Part shown: piece after piece, positions 8,956-18,451 of the stretch
Layout of the letters: each line of letters begins with the position of its first letter
Position numbering within the stretch: position 1 is the stretch's first letter
Assembly: GCA_963845085.1 (NCBI GenBank)
Contig: CAWJQI010000001.1
Coordinates: 384,001-448,000, forward strand
Origin: Candidatus Fermentibacterota bacterium
GTDB taxonomy: Bacteria > Fermentibacterota > Fermentibacteria > Fermentibacterales > JCC-6
Direction: 5' to 3'
DNA length: 64,000 bases
Made by a program: the position numbers and the translations under genes
The notes under the pieces: model-generated
Seen by the model: the letters and a program-made list of their open reading frames with translations, nothing else
The model's database searches: none
Told to the model about the DNA's origin: nothing

Positions 8956-10245
8956 TCATTCCCTTCCTTCCCCGCGGGCAAGCGGACAACCGCCCCCGCA
9001 GACCGTTAACTCGATGCACTCCCTGCACATGGACGGAAGGAACTCCCTGTCCCTGATCCGTACAAAAAGCCTGTCGTTCCATATCTTTTCCCATGGGTCC
9101 CTGAGGAGGTTTCCCGCCCCCTGGAACCAGCTCTGGCACGGGAGCACCGTACCGTCGGGCTCCACGCAGATGTTCATGGTTGCGGCGGTGCACCTTCTGG
9201 CGCCGAGGCCAAGCTGTTCCGGATCGAGCCGGCAGTACCGCGTGGGCGAGTACCAGAGCATTCTCGTCCCAAGGGCCTCACACGCGGCCTTCAGGTCTAT
9301 GAGAAGAGCCTCGAGCCTGACGTCCGGCAGGCTTTTCTCCCCCTGGGACGTGTGGCCGCTGCAGATGACCGTGTTGAATGCCGCGGCGGCGACCCCGAGG
9401 CCCGAAACGAATGCCGGTACGCCCAGGACGGACGCTTCGTTGTCGAGACACAGGGTGGTGTTCGTCACGGTGTGAAAACCGGCGGCGACGGAGTTCCGAA
9501 TTCCCGCAACCGTATTCTCCCACGCGTCCGCCCCGACCATCGCATTGTGCACTGCCGGATCGTTCGATTCGAGAGTGATCTGCACGTAGTCAAGCCCTGC
9601 GGCTCGAAGCTTTTCCACGCGGGCGGGATCGGAGAGGCCGACCCCGTTGGTGAGCAGCCCGGTGACAAGTCCGAGGCTCTCCGCATGCCTTACAAGCTCC
9701 TCGAGGTCGGCCCTGAGGATGGACTCGCCCCCGGTGAAGACCACCTGGGGAACACCGGCATCGGCAAGGCTGTTGATGATGCCCTTCCACGAGGCCGCAT
9801 CAATTTCGGAAACCTGCCTGTCGCCCTTGTAGCAGTGGCCGCACGCCACGTTGCAGCGGTACGTGAGGGCGAGGTCGGCCCTGAAGGGGGCAGACGGGAG
9901 GGTGTCGGGCGTCTCCTCCACTTCGAGGACCACCCGTTCGCCCCTGATCACGGCCTCGAGATCGCTGCTGAAGGCGGTGAAATCAGCCAATGCTTTCTTC
10001 CTCGAAAGGCCGTACCGTCTGGCCAGCCGTTTCGAGGCCTCCTTCGCATCCAGTCCCGACAGCATCAACCAGGCGCAGTCCGCGCCTGTGGCATTCAGGC
10101 GGATGAGTGACGCCGCATTCACAACAAGCACTCCGCTTCCGTCCGGTTCAACCCGGAGGTGCATTCTGGAATCGCCCCTGCGGTAATGGTGCAGCCCGGC
10201 CGGGGCAAGCCTGCCTTTTTCAACGCCGCCGAATATCCCCATCAT
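8956..10245 (-). CDS. Radical SAM/SPASM protein with N-terminal PqqD-like (RRE) domain
   Basis: CNVACGHC (CxxxCxxC), FTGGE, SPASM cysteines CTAA..G.VLPC and CRECIELTVCGGGCP; N-terminal LNATG..W..L..RY..A.AD pattern typical of the PqqD fold. Confidence 0.9.
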   Translation of the reverse strand: MMGIFGGVEKGRLAPAGLHHYRRGDSRMHLRVEPDGSGVLVVNAASLIRLNATGADCAWLMLSGLDAKEASKRLARRYGLSRKKALADFTAFSSDLEAVIRGERVVLEVEETPDTLPSAPFRADLALTYRCNVACGHCYKGDRQVSEIDAASWKGIINSLADAGVPQVVFTGGESILRADLEELVRHAESLGLVTGLLTNGVGLSDPARVEKLRAAGLDYVQITLESNDPAVHNAMVGADAWENTVAGIRNSVAAGFHTVTNTTLCLDNEASVLGVPAFVSGLGVAAAAFNTVICSGHTSQGEKSLPDVRLEALLIDLKAACEALGTRMLWYSPTRYCRLDPEQLGLGARRCTAATMNICVEPDGTVLPCQSWFQGAGNLLRDPWEKIWNDRLFVRIRDREFLPSMCRECIELTVCGGGCPLARGEGRE

Positions 10246-11735
10246 CTACCTCCTCCGGCGCACGCGCAGGCACAGCCGGCACAGGCGCAGGCGCATGCAC
10301 ACCCGCCCCCGGAATGGGACCTGCCGCTCGAGACGGGCAGAGGGTTCACAACGCCCGCGACGCTCTGAGTAAGGCCGCGCACCGAGCTCGCCGCCGCGGA
10401 TTCTATCCTCGAGACAAGGTTTCCGCACGCAGCGGCAACATTGATCGAACTGCCGGTGCCGGCTGACGACACGGGCCATGCCGAGGAGGGGATATAGACC
10501 GGCGATGGAAGCCTCGAGAGTCTTGCCTGCGGCTTTTCCTCGGAAGCAAGGAGCCACTGGAACCTGTCCACGAACACCTCGGCCGCAGTGGTGGCGTCGG
10601 GCGCCTCCTCGAGCTGTTTCCATGCGTTCTTCATCACGCCTGTGTAGTACGCAAGCGTTGTCTTGAGGTTGAAATCCTCCATGTCCTTCGCGAGCTCGCC
10701 TATCATATCCTGGAAGAAGGTTCCGAGGTTCTTCTGCGTGAGCCCCTCCGCGCCTGCGACAAGCTCGAGAAGCTTCTTCTCGTACTCCCGCAACCCCCCC
10801 GGGACAACTCCCATTGGGGTGATCCTGGAGCCGGGTCCCTCACCCGTAACGGTCACGGCGCCCTTGCGGATAAGGCTCCAGACGATGAGCATCAGCACCC
10901 TGTCCAGGGGCTTTTCCATGAGCAGGGCGGCCATGGGGACCGTGAGCCCCCTTCTCACACCCTGCCCCCCCACCCGGATTTTGGGTGGCAGGTACTGCCT
11001 CGATCGCCGCCGGGAACTCCTGATCCCGAAGAAAAGCGGCAGGAAAACGAAGAGAAGCAGGATCAAAAAGACAGATATCGGAGCGCAGCAATCCGTGTTG
11101 AAGAACGTCCCCCCCGACGGCCTCTCAAGGAGGGAACCGGCGACAAGTCCGGCCGGGAACCCTATACCGACCTCGAAGGCCCGGTCAAGCCTGACCGACC
11201 TTTCCCATCGGTAGACGACCCTTCCCTTGTCCACCCATGCACTGTCGAACGGCGCCTCGTGATACCGCACGCTGTCGGGATTGCTGCCCTCTGGAAACAC
11301 CAGTTCGAGGACAAGGTCCGTGTCACCTGTAAGAAGTGATCCGTCGAACCAGGTCGGAGAGAAGTGGAATGATGCCCAGCCCAACTGGTCGTCGTCTTTG
11401 TAGATCCCCCCCCTGCAGATCCCCCGAAACTCGAGAACGCCGGAACCGCCGGGCGGGATGGCCGGGCTGATGGGTATCTCCACCCCGTTGTCGATGTACG
11501 AGGAAATGGATACGGTACAAGGGTTTCCGTTCAGGTCAGCCCACATGTCAACCGCGCTCCAGTCCTGGGTGGGCAGGCCGATGTCGACGACGTCGATCGG
11601 GTCGGCCCCGGGATTGCAGCTGAACCCGATCCGGTAGAACAGGGTGATGGTCTGGTCCTGATTGACCGCGGCCCTGCAGTACATCTCGGGTACGGAAAAG
11701 CTGTAGGAGGCCAGCAGCGCAAGCAGCACTACCAT
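10242..11735 (-). CDS. Signal-peptide/membrane protein (DUF2207-like architecture) with C-terminal Cys-Ala repeat tail
   Basis: N-terminal hydrophobic leader, beta-rich ectodomain, one TM helix, L.RKGAV and YEK.LL segments, ends GGGCACACACAGCACACAGGGR. Confidence 0.8.
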   Translation of the reverse strand: MVVLLALLASYSFSVPEMYCRAAVNQDQTITLFYRIGFSCNPGADPIDVVDIGLPTQDWSAVDMWADLNGNPCTVSISSYIDNGVEIPISPAIPPGGSGVLEFRGICRGGIYKDDDQLGWASFHFSPTWFDGSLLTGDTDLVLELVFPEGSNPDSVRYHEAPFDSAWVDKGRVVYRWERSVRLDRAFEVGIGFPAGLVAGSLLERPSGGTFFNTDCCAPISVFLILLLFVFLPLFFGIRSSRRRSRQYLPPKIRVGGQGVRRGLTVPMAALLMEKPLDRVLMLIVWSLIRKGAVTVTGEGPGSRITPMGVVPGGLREYEKKLLELVAGAEGLTQKNLGTFFQDMIGELAKDMEDFNLKTTLAYYTGVMKNAWKQLEEAPDATTAAEVFVDRFQWLLASEEKPQARLSRLPSPVYIPSSAWPVSSAGTGSSINVAAACGNLVSRIESAAASSVRGLTQSVAGVVNPLPVSSGRSHSGGGCACACACAGCACACAGGGR

Positions 11736-12082
11736 TTGGGAGCCTCCTCGAGCTGATAGGTGCTTCCGCAGAACGGGCAGACCACCATCGCGGTGCCCCC
11801 GATCTCCCTGAGGGCTTCAGCGGAGAGCGTTCCCCCGCAGGAGCGACATTTCAGGCTCTCCATCGAAACATCACCGGAGAGGTCGAGCTCCCGCCGCTCG
11901 ACAATCCGGTGGACCTGTTTCCTGAACCCCAGGAACAAAAGAACAGCGCCTGCCGCAAGCATGACAACACCGTTTATGATTGTTCCGGTGGCGTGGTTGT
12001 ACGACCCGCCAATGAGAAAAAGGATCCCGAGGCCGATCAGGCAAAGCCCTGCCAGCACGATGACAACCTTTATTATCTTCAT
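11729..12082 (-). CDS. Small two-TM protein with C-terminal zinc ribbon
   Basis: Two TM helices then CRSCGG...CPFCGSTYQLEEAPKW; RBS GAAGGT before ATG 12082; overlaps the next gene. Confidence 0.8.
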   Translation of the reverse strand: MKIIKVVIVLAGLCLIGLGILFLIGGSYNHATGTIINGVVMLAAGAVLLFLGFRKQVHRIVERRELDLSGDVSMESLKCRSCGGTLSAEALREIGGTAMVVCPFCGSTYQLEEAPKW

Positions 12083-12144
12083 ACCTTCTGTTCCCCCTGG
12101 AGCGCATGCGCCGTGAGTTTTTCCTAACCGAAAACCGGGAGGCA

Positions 12145-12657
12145 ATGGTGAAACATTACAATGAAATAGAGCCGGAGTCTATAGAGGGCAACCCTTTTGA
12201 AATGATCGGCAGGCGATGGTTCCTCGTTACCGCGGGCAACCTTGACAGCTACAACACAATGACGGGGGGATGGGGCGCGCTGGGGCACCTCTGGGGCAGG
12301 AACGTGGCCTTTGCCTACGTTCGCCCCGTGAGGCATACTTTCAGTTTCACCGAAGGAAACCCGCTTTTCACGCTCAGTTTCTTTCCCGATTCCGAGCGGC
12401 ACGCGCTGGAGTACTGCGGAAGCCACTCGGGCAGGGACGTGAACAAGGCGAAGGAAACCGGGCTGACGCCCTTTTCACCGGCACCCGGCTCAGTCTCGTT
12501 CAGCCAGGCCAACCTGGTTCTGGTATGCCGCAAGCTCTACGCGCACTTTCTGAAGCCCGAGGATTTCGTCGACAGCTCGGTTGACAGGGAGTGCTACCCC
12601 GCAAGGGATCACCACAGGGTCTACATTGGCGCGATCGAAAAGGTGCTCTCGAAATGA
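12145..12657 (+). CDS. Flavin reductase-like protein
   Basis: LVTAG..NTMT.GWG..G.LWG, VRP.RHT, CGSHSGRDVNK, HRVYIG.I; GGAGG RBS. Confidence 0.88.
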   Translation: MVKHYNEIEPESIEGNPFEMIGRRWFLVTAGNLDSYNTMTGGWGALGHLWGRNVAFAYVRPVRHTFSFTEGNPLFTLSFFPDSERHALEYCGSHSGRDVNKAKETGLTPFSPAPGSVSFSQANLVLVCRKLYAHFLKPEDFVDSSVDRECYPARDHHRVYIGAIEKVLSK

Positions 12658-13175
12658 CCCCGGTGATCCGGCACCTGTTCGAGAAGCCCGAGCTCACGGG
12701 AACCGTTGCCGGCTGGATCTACCGGGAGTTCTGGCAGGGACGCGGCGGCTACGACCTGGCAACACTGGAAAAACTGCTCGGAGACGCCGTTGACCCCGAC
12801 CTCATCCCCCTCTCCCTCCTGGCGGAGAAGGATGGCGTACCCGTCGGGACGGTGAACCTCATCGGTCACGACCACTCAAAACGCCCCGAACTGACGCCAT
12901 GGCTCGCGGCCCTCTTCGTCGTGAGAGAGTTCAGGGGAATGGGAATCGGGAGCGCCCTTGTTGAAAGGCTGCTCTCCGAAGCCGGAAGGCTCGGCGTGGA
13001 AAGGCTCTATCTGGGCGCGGACAACCCCGGGTTCTACACCAGGCTCGGGGCGGTTCCGCATGAAATAGTTGACGGGCTTGCCATAATGAGGTTCGAGCTC
13101 CCGCAGCATCATCGGACAGCCGCGGGCATGAGGCGGATCAGAACAGCTGTCGAGTCCGGAGGGGCATCCCGTTAA
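12654..13175 (+). CDS. GNAT N-acetyltransferase
   Basis: PWLAALFV..EFRGMGIGSALV acetyl-CoA motif A; FYTRLG. Confidence 0.88.
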   Translation: MTPVIRHLFEKPELTGTVAGWIYREFWQGRGGYDLATLEKLLGDAVDPDLIPLSLLAEKDGVPVGTVNLIGHDHSKRPELTPWLAALFVVREFRGMGIGSALVERLLSEAGRLGVERLYLGADNPGFYTRLGAVPHEIVDGLAIMRFELPQHHRTAAGMRRIRTAVESGGASR

Positions 13176-13201
13176 CGTTCAGAGATCCGGCAACGCTCAG
13201 T

Positions 13202-14914
13202 TCAGCGAAGAAGAATGAATCTTGCCGAGGCTGTTCCCGAGGGGCAGCAGAGTCGCGCAAGGTAAACACCGTTGCGGTTCGAACCGTCCGGGACCCATGT
13301 CACGCTCCCGTCCGAACCCGCGGGGAGTTCACCTACCTGCCTTCCCGTGACATCAAAGACAAAAACCGTGCCGCCGGAACCGGCAGGGACCACGAAACCG
13401 GCATCCACCTGACACGGGTTCGCAACCGGCCGCAGGAAAACGTTCGGGGGCTGCACGGGATCAACACTTTCAGAGCCCCCGGATCCGGTGAAGATGCCGG
13501 TGTTCCTCGCATCAACGCCCCGCATCGGCCAGTCCGCACCGTCCGCCACTCCCAGAGTGTTCCAGGCGTAGGCAACACCGTTCCAGGTCACGGCCACCAG
13601 CTCAAAAAGCCCGTCGCCGTCTATGTCCCCGGCCGCGACACCCGAGATCGACGGGGCGGACATGGTCTTGGGGTAGCCCACTGTCGCCGCGCCTTCACCG
13701 GAAAGCGCGTAGAGCATCCCCCCCTCGGTGACGAAGACCACATCCTGCAGACCGTCCCCATCAACATCGACAACCGTTGGAAAACCCTTCGGCCAGTCGG
13801 GCACGGGCACCGGCCAGCCCGGCAGCGGTGCGCCTGTGGCAAGGTTTACAGCGAACGCCCTGTAGTCGCTGACCAGATGGTTGTCCAGGGCGATGAGCTC
13901 CGGAAGCTGGTCACCGGTGACATCACCCAGCCCCAGGTAGAAAAGCTGGCTCTGGCTTGCAAGCTCGATGGGAAACCCGTCGACCGGGCTTCCATCGTGG
14001 TGGCGGGCCTGGACAACAGACGAAGTGCCCGCATTGTGGCCGATGATCACCTCGAGGTCACCGTCGCCATCGAGATCGGCCAGCAGCGGGGGGCCGAAGG
14101 TTGAATACCCGCCCGGGGTGATCAGTGAAACCGGGTAGCCGCTCCCGGGTTCGCCGTCGGGACCGAAAGCGAACAGCCGGTACGTTCCGTCGAGAAGTGT
14201 GACGGCCAGAAAACCATCCTGCCCGTCACCCTCAAGATCGCCGAAATACAGGCAGAGGATCTGCTCGTCCGGGTCGAGGTCCGTTGTAAAAAGGATGCCG
14301 CCCTCGTGGTCGAACCCGGAAATGCGGTAGTAGTCGCCGGTGTTGCCGAGAGTGTGGGCGCTCCATGCCTCAAGATCGCCGTCGTTGTCAGCATCGCCGA
14401 GGACAAAGGGAGATGCCAGTGCATTCGAGAACTCATCGGGTGCCTCCTGCGGAAATGCTCCGAGGTTGCCTCCGTCCGGCATTCTGCCGTTGAAGCTCCA
14501 CATGTATGCGCTTCCCGCGTACCAGTCGCGTTCCGACCACAGAACGGCTCGATCTCCGCCGCCCGTGAGGTCTGCGCATGAGGGACCCGGCATCTGATCG
14601 TTGGTGCCGTAACCCATGTAGACCATTTCGGTGACAGGCCAACCCGGCAGGAACGACCCGTCGCCGGCGAGTCCGAATGTGTGACCGCCCGTGAAGAACA
14701 CTTCGTCCGCGCCGTCGCCGTCGATGTCGAACACCGTCGGGGTGTACGGGTAACCGCCCCCCGGTGTGCCAAGGTTGACCGGCCAACCCTCGCAGAGGTC
14801 CGGGTCGAGCAGGAAGGCGGTCGGGGAACCGTCGGCAAAGGGAGTGAACGGGGTTCCGGGGGAGGGAAGGGCCAGCGGCATCAAGGCGATGAGAAACATG
14901 TGGATCATTGCCAT
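13202..14914 (-). CDS. Secreted FG-GAP/VCBS-repeat protein with C-terminal sorting-like domain
   Basis: Repeated D(I/L/V)DGDG..E Ca-binding motifs with GWP/GFP/GYP linkers; C-terminal NP..VFDVTGRQV..W..GVYL resembling T9SS/FlgD-type domains. Confidence 0.85.
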   Translation of the reverse strand: MAMIHMFLIALMPLALPSPGTPFTPFADGSPTAFLLDPDLCEGWPVNLGTPGGGYPYTPTVFDIDGDGADEVFFTGGHTFGLAGDGSFLPGWPVTEMVYMGYGTNDQMPGPSCADLTGGGDRAVLWSERDWYAGSAYMWSFNGRMPDGGNLGAFPQEAPDEFSNALASPFVLGDADNDGDLEAWSAHTLGNTGDYYRISGFDHEGGILFTTDLDPDEQILCLYFGDLEGDGQDGFLAVTLLDGTYRLFAFGPDGEPGSGYPVSLITPGGYSTFGPPLLADLDGDGDLEVIIGHNAGTSSVVQARHHDGSPVDGFPIELASQSQLFYLGLGDVTGDQLPELIALDNHLVSDYRAFAVNLATGAPLPGWPVPVPDWPKGFPTVVDVDGDGLQDVVFVTEGGMLYALSGEGAATVGYPKTMSAPSISGVAAGDIDGDGLFELVAVTWNGVAYAWNTLGVADGADWPMRGVDARNTGIFTGSGGSESVDPVQPPNVFLRPVANPCQVDAGFVVPAGSGGTVFVFDVTGRQVGELPAGSDGSVTWVPDGSNRNGVYLARLCCPSGTASARFILLR

Positions 14915-14981
14915 CTCCCTTGTTTGCTGGAACGCAACATGGCACGTATTCAAAAGTCTTGCTTGAAATTACGGCAGTTAT

Positions 14982-15536
14982 CTAATCTTCCTTAGTCCGT
15001 CCCCATTCGTCACGGAGGATGGAGAAGAAAAGGCGGTCGAGCCAGAGCCCGTCGCGGTGGCTGTGGCTGCGCATGGTGCCCTCGTACACGAAGCCGAGGC
15101 TTCGGAGCGTCCGTTCTGACGCTGTGTTGGCGGAGAGGCATGTGGCGCTTATCCGGTGCATGCCCAGCTCGTCCATTCCGAAGTTGACGAGCAGCCTTGT
15201 GGTCTCCCGGGCGATACCCCTGCCCTGGAATTCGCGGGCCAGGAAGCAGCCGAGCCTGCCGTCACCGCCGTTGCGCCCCCTCCCCCTCCAGTGGATGCTC
15301 CCGCAGCCGGCCACCCGGCCATCCCCGTCGTTGACGATGGCAAGCCGGTAGCGGGAACGGACCGGCTTCTGCCTGTCCCTGATGCAATCCGAGAGGTAGA
15401 TAAGGCTTTCCTCGATCGTGTCGGCCCCCCAGCTGAGGAATTTCATGACCTCATGGTCGCCGTGCCAGGCATGGACCGCAGAAAGGTCTTCGGGAACGTG
15501 TTCCCTGAGCGTGATTCCCCTTCCGTGGAGAAGCAT
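14982..15536 (-). CDS. RimJ/RimL-family GNAT acetyltransferase
   Basis: FQGRGIARE, LGMHRISA, N.ASER.LRSLGF.YEG.MR, W.D..FSIL.DEW. Confidence 0.88.
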   Translation of the reverse strand: MLLHGRGITLREHVPEDLSAVHAWHGDHEVMKFLSWGADTIEESLIYLSDCIRDRQKPVRSRYRLAIVNDGDGRVAGCGSIHWRGRGRNGGDGRLGCFLAREFQGRGIARETTRLLVNFGMDELGMHRISATCLSANTASERTLRSLGFVYEGTMRSHSHRDGLWLDRLFFSILRDEWGRTKED

Positions 15537-15537
15537 C

Positions 15538-16296
15538 TCAGTCTTCTCCGCCGAGGGTGTACGAAGGGGGCATGACCGGTTCGTACATCACGTGGGGCGG
15601 CACCGGGTAGAGCGGACCCTGCTTGGCGAGGGCTTCGATGTTCACGGCCATCGTGTCGCGGACGGTGTGCCAGGGCGCGGCAAAGACAAGCTCGTGGTTC
15701 TGCGTCCCGCCGAACCTCCTGTCACCCGCACATGGGAACCCGATCACGGGCCTGTCCTCACCGAGAACGAAGCCTATCGCGCTGCACACCGCTGCCTCGG
15801 CCACCGTGTCGGCTGAAACCTTCATGCCGTTGTTCCACAGCGTGCTGTGCACGAGCCTCATCACCTGGGCCGGGTTGGTGTAGAAAAGCACGACCTGAGG
15901 TTCGAAGGCGGCGTCTCCCAGCGGGGCGATCTCAATGGCGTCGTATTTCTTGCCGCCGTCGCCCAGCTTGTACGTGTTCTCGAAGAACACCCTTCCCGCC
16001 CCGGCGTCGCATGTGTACTTGCCCACGGCGGCTTCACCCGTGACAAAGGCCTGCGTGGTAGCGACAAGACCCGTGCACGAGGCACCGATCGCGCATACCA
16101 TGCGGTCCGGCACGCCCGCTGCCGACCTCCCGCCGTGCCTTGCCATGCTGATGAGCTGGCAGATGTTCAGCTTCATGGGAAAGGGCTTTCTTCCAAGCGC
16201 TTCCCGGCTGGCATGAAGGGTCACCGCAACTGGGCGTGTTTCAAGCTTCAGATGCCTTGTGAATATCTCTTCCGCTTCCCTGACATTCATCTCCAC
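15538..16296 (-). CDS. DUF169-family protein
   Basis: L.L...PVAV, CQ...AR, C..GA...G, PQVVLFY.NP.Q.MRL, C.GDR..G pattern. Confidence 0.75.
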   Translation of the reverse strand: MEMNVREAEEIFTRHLKLETRPVAVTLHASREALGRKPFPMKLNICQLISMARHGGRSAAGVPDRMVCAIGASCTGLVATTQAFVTGEAAVGKYTCDAGAGRVFFENTYKLGDGGKKYDAIEIAPLGDAAFEPQVVLFYTNPAQVMRLVHSTLWNNGMKVSADTVAEAAVCSAIGFVLGEDRPVIGFPCAGDRRFGGTQNHELVFAAPWHTVRDTMAVNIEALAKQGPLYPVPPHVMYEPVMPPSYTLGGED

Positions 16297-16373
16297 ACTC
16301 CCTTAGAAATGACGGGACTGTCCCGGAATGGCGGAAACATACAACACCCGTTCGTATCCGGTATATTGGCGGC

Positions 16374-16850
16374 ATGAACTGGAACCTGATACTCACAAGC
16401 GAGCGGCACCTGCATCCTGAAATGGATGAGACCGACGCTCTTAAGCTGTTCTATCAGGCTCTCCGCGGGGGGGATCACCTCATGGCTGATCTCGACAACT
16501 TCCGCACCGAGCTCTCAAGGGAGTGGGACGGGTTGCCCCAGAGCATCGCTCCCATGCCTCCGCTGATCCAGGTCATCAGCCCCCTGGGCGACATGGCCAG
16601 GTTCCACCTGGTGCCCGCAAAGAAGCGCGGGATATCCCTCAGGGCAGTCTCCGAGCTTCTCCTCGCGGGAGGGCTCGCGGCCACCCCGGAAAACGTGGTG
16701 CAGGATGCCCTGCCCGACTTTCTCCGGGCCGCCAGGGAACAGGGCTTCGACAAGGAGAGGATCCGGAAGGCGTTCCAGGGGGAGTACCATCATTCAACGG
16801 GCTACGGGTTCGCCGCCTACAGGGTCATCAGCCTTCGAAGTAGCTCGTAA
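16374..16850 (+). CDS. Conserved hypothetical protein
   Basis: HPEM...DALKL.YQ...GGDHL and C-terminal HHS..Y...YRV look like conserved motifs; normal codon usage. Confidence 0.65.
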   Translation: MNWNLILTSERHLHPEMDETDALKLFYQALRGGDHLMADLDNFRTELSREWDGLPQSIAPMPPLIQVISPLGDMARFHLVPAKKRGISLRAVSELLLAGGLAATPENVVQDALPDFLRAAREQGFDKERIRKAFQGEYHHSTGYGFAAYRVISLRSSS

Positions 16851-17553
16851 CCTCTCCGGGCGACGTTCCCGTCGCGGAGAAGAAAAGGTCTCTCAGTTCC
16901 TGAAGGGTTACGCTTGAGCTCGCAAGCATGCTCATGATCCTGCCCTGATGGATTATTCCGAGGTTGTCGCAGTTGCCGTGAACCTCCGACAGCGTGTGGG
17001 TGGAGATGAGCACCCCCGCCCCGGCTGCCGCGGCGGCATGGATCATGCGCCAGAAGGTTTCCGCCGACGGCGGGTCGAGGCCGACCAGGGGCTCGTCTAT
17101 CACGTACAGCCTGGGCCTTGCGGCGAATGCAGAACTGAGCACTACCCTCTGGATCATGCCGTGGCTGTACGAACCCGTCCTCTGGTCGAGCCAGCCGTCC
17201 ATCTCGAAGAGGGATGTGCAGAAGGCGATGCGCTTTTCGAGCTCACCCTGCGGAATCCCCCTCAGCTTCCCCGCGAATGCAAGGTATTCCCTTCCGGTCA
17301 GCCGTTTCCACATGACGGGCTCGTCCGGCACGTAGGCGATGAGTTCCCTCATGCGTTCCACCGGTTGCCCGTCGATCGTGATGCTGCCCGAGTCGGGCGC
17401 CACGAGCCCGGCGATCATCTTCAGCGTGGTCGACTTCCCTGCGCCGTTGGGCCCGAGAAGCCCCACAATCGAACCTTCGGGCACCGTGAGACTCAGGCGG
17501 TCGACAGCCTTTTTCCCGCCGAAGCTGCGGCTCACTTCCTCAAGAACCAGCAA
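16828..17553 (-). CDS. ABC transporter ATP-binding protein
   Basis: Walker A GPNGAGKST, signature YSHGMIQR, Walker B IDEPLVGLDP, H-loop STH; start assumed at TTG 17553. Confidence 0.92.
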   Translation of the reverse strand: MLVLEEVSRSFGGKKAVDRLSLTVPEGSIVGLLGPNGAGKSTTLKMIAGLVAPDSGSITIDGQPVERMRELIAYVPDEPVMWKRLTGREYLAFAGKLRGIPQGELEKRIAFCTSLFEMDGWLDQRTGSYSHGMIQRVVLSSAFAARPRLYVIDEPLVGLDPPSAETFWRMIHAAAAAGAGVLISTHTLSEVHGNCDNLGIIHQGRIMSMLASSSVTLQELRDLFFSATGTSPGEVTSYFEG

Positions 17554-18451
17554 TCTGCTCCCCCGGACGGCCAACCATGGCCTCGGTGAATGCCTCCGCA
17601 TCGAAGGCCGACATGTCGTCGCCGCCCTCGCCGGTCCCTATGTACCGGATCGGTATGCCAAGTTCATGGGCCATCGCGAACACTGCGCCGCCCTTTGCCG
17701 TGCCGTCGAGCTTGGTGACAACGAGGCCGTTCACGGGCACCGCGCCTGCAAAGCCGTCCGCCTGGAGAAGCGCGTTCTGCCCCACCGAGCCGTCGAGGAC
17801 GAGAAGCACGTCGTGCGGGGCGCCCTCCATTGCCTTGCCTATCACGCGGTGGATCTTTGAAAGCTCGTCGAGAAGGCCCTTCCTGTTGGGCAGCCTTCCG
17901 GCGGTATCGATGAAAACGCGGTCGAAGCCGCGCGACCTGGCGCTCGCGACCGCATCGAAGGCCACTGCCCCGGGATCGGTGCCCTCGGGCCTCGTGATCA
18001 CGGGGATGTCGAGGCGGCCGCCCCAGAGGGCGAGCTGCTCACCAGCGGCGGCACGGAAGGTGTCGGCGCAGGCCATGACCGTTTTGAACCCCATGGCCTT
18101 GTGCATCGCGGAAAGCCTTGCAACCGTTGTCGTCTTGCCCGATCCGTTGACGCCCACGAGCATGGCAACCCTGGGGCGGGGATCAAGGCCATCCTCCTCC
18201 CGCCCGGGCAGCATGGAAACGAGCATCTCCGAGAGCCCCTCGCGAAAGCCCATTCCTCTCCGGGAGCAGAGGGCCGGAAGTTCCGACACGATCTTCTCCG
18301 TTAGCTTCCAGCCGAGGTCAGCCTCGATAAGGGCCTGCTCCAGCTGCTCCATGTCTCCCGGCGCGGGCGCGCCGCCGCCGAAAAGCGCGGCGAGCTTTCC
18401 GGAAAGGGCTTCCCTGCTCTTTCTCAGCTTTTCCCTGAGGTTCAATGTCAC
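17540..18451 (-). CDS. ftsY: Signal recognition particle receptor FtsY
   Basis: GVNGSGKTTT, DTFRAAA, DTAGRL, TKLDGTAKGG. Confidence 0.96.
   Translation of the reverse strand: MTLNLREKLRKSREALSGKLAALFGGGAPAPGDMEQLEQALIEADLGWKLTEKIVSELPALCSRRGMGFREGLSEMLVSMLPGREEDGLDPRPRVAMLVGVNGSGKTTTVARLSAMHKAMGFKTVMACADTFRAAAGEQLALWGGRLDIPVITRPEGTDPGAVAFDAVASARSRGFDRVFIDTAGRLPNRKGLLDELSKIHRVIGKAMEGAPHDVLLVLDGSVGQNALLQADGFAGAVPVNGLVVTKLDGTAKGGAVFAMAHELGIPIRYIGTGEGGDDMSAFDAEAFTEAMVGRPGEQIAGS

Noticed and set aside
10242..10301. Cys-Ala tail as a DNA microsatellite
   Set aside because: Synonymous codons vary throughout, so it is a protein-level repeat
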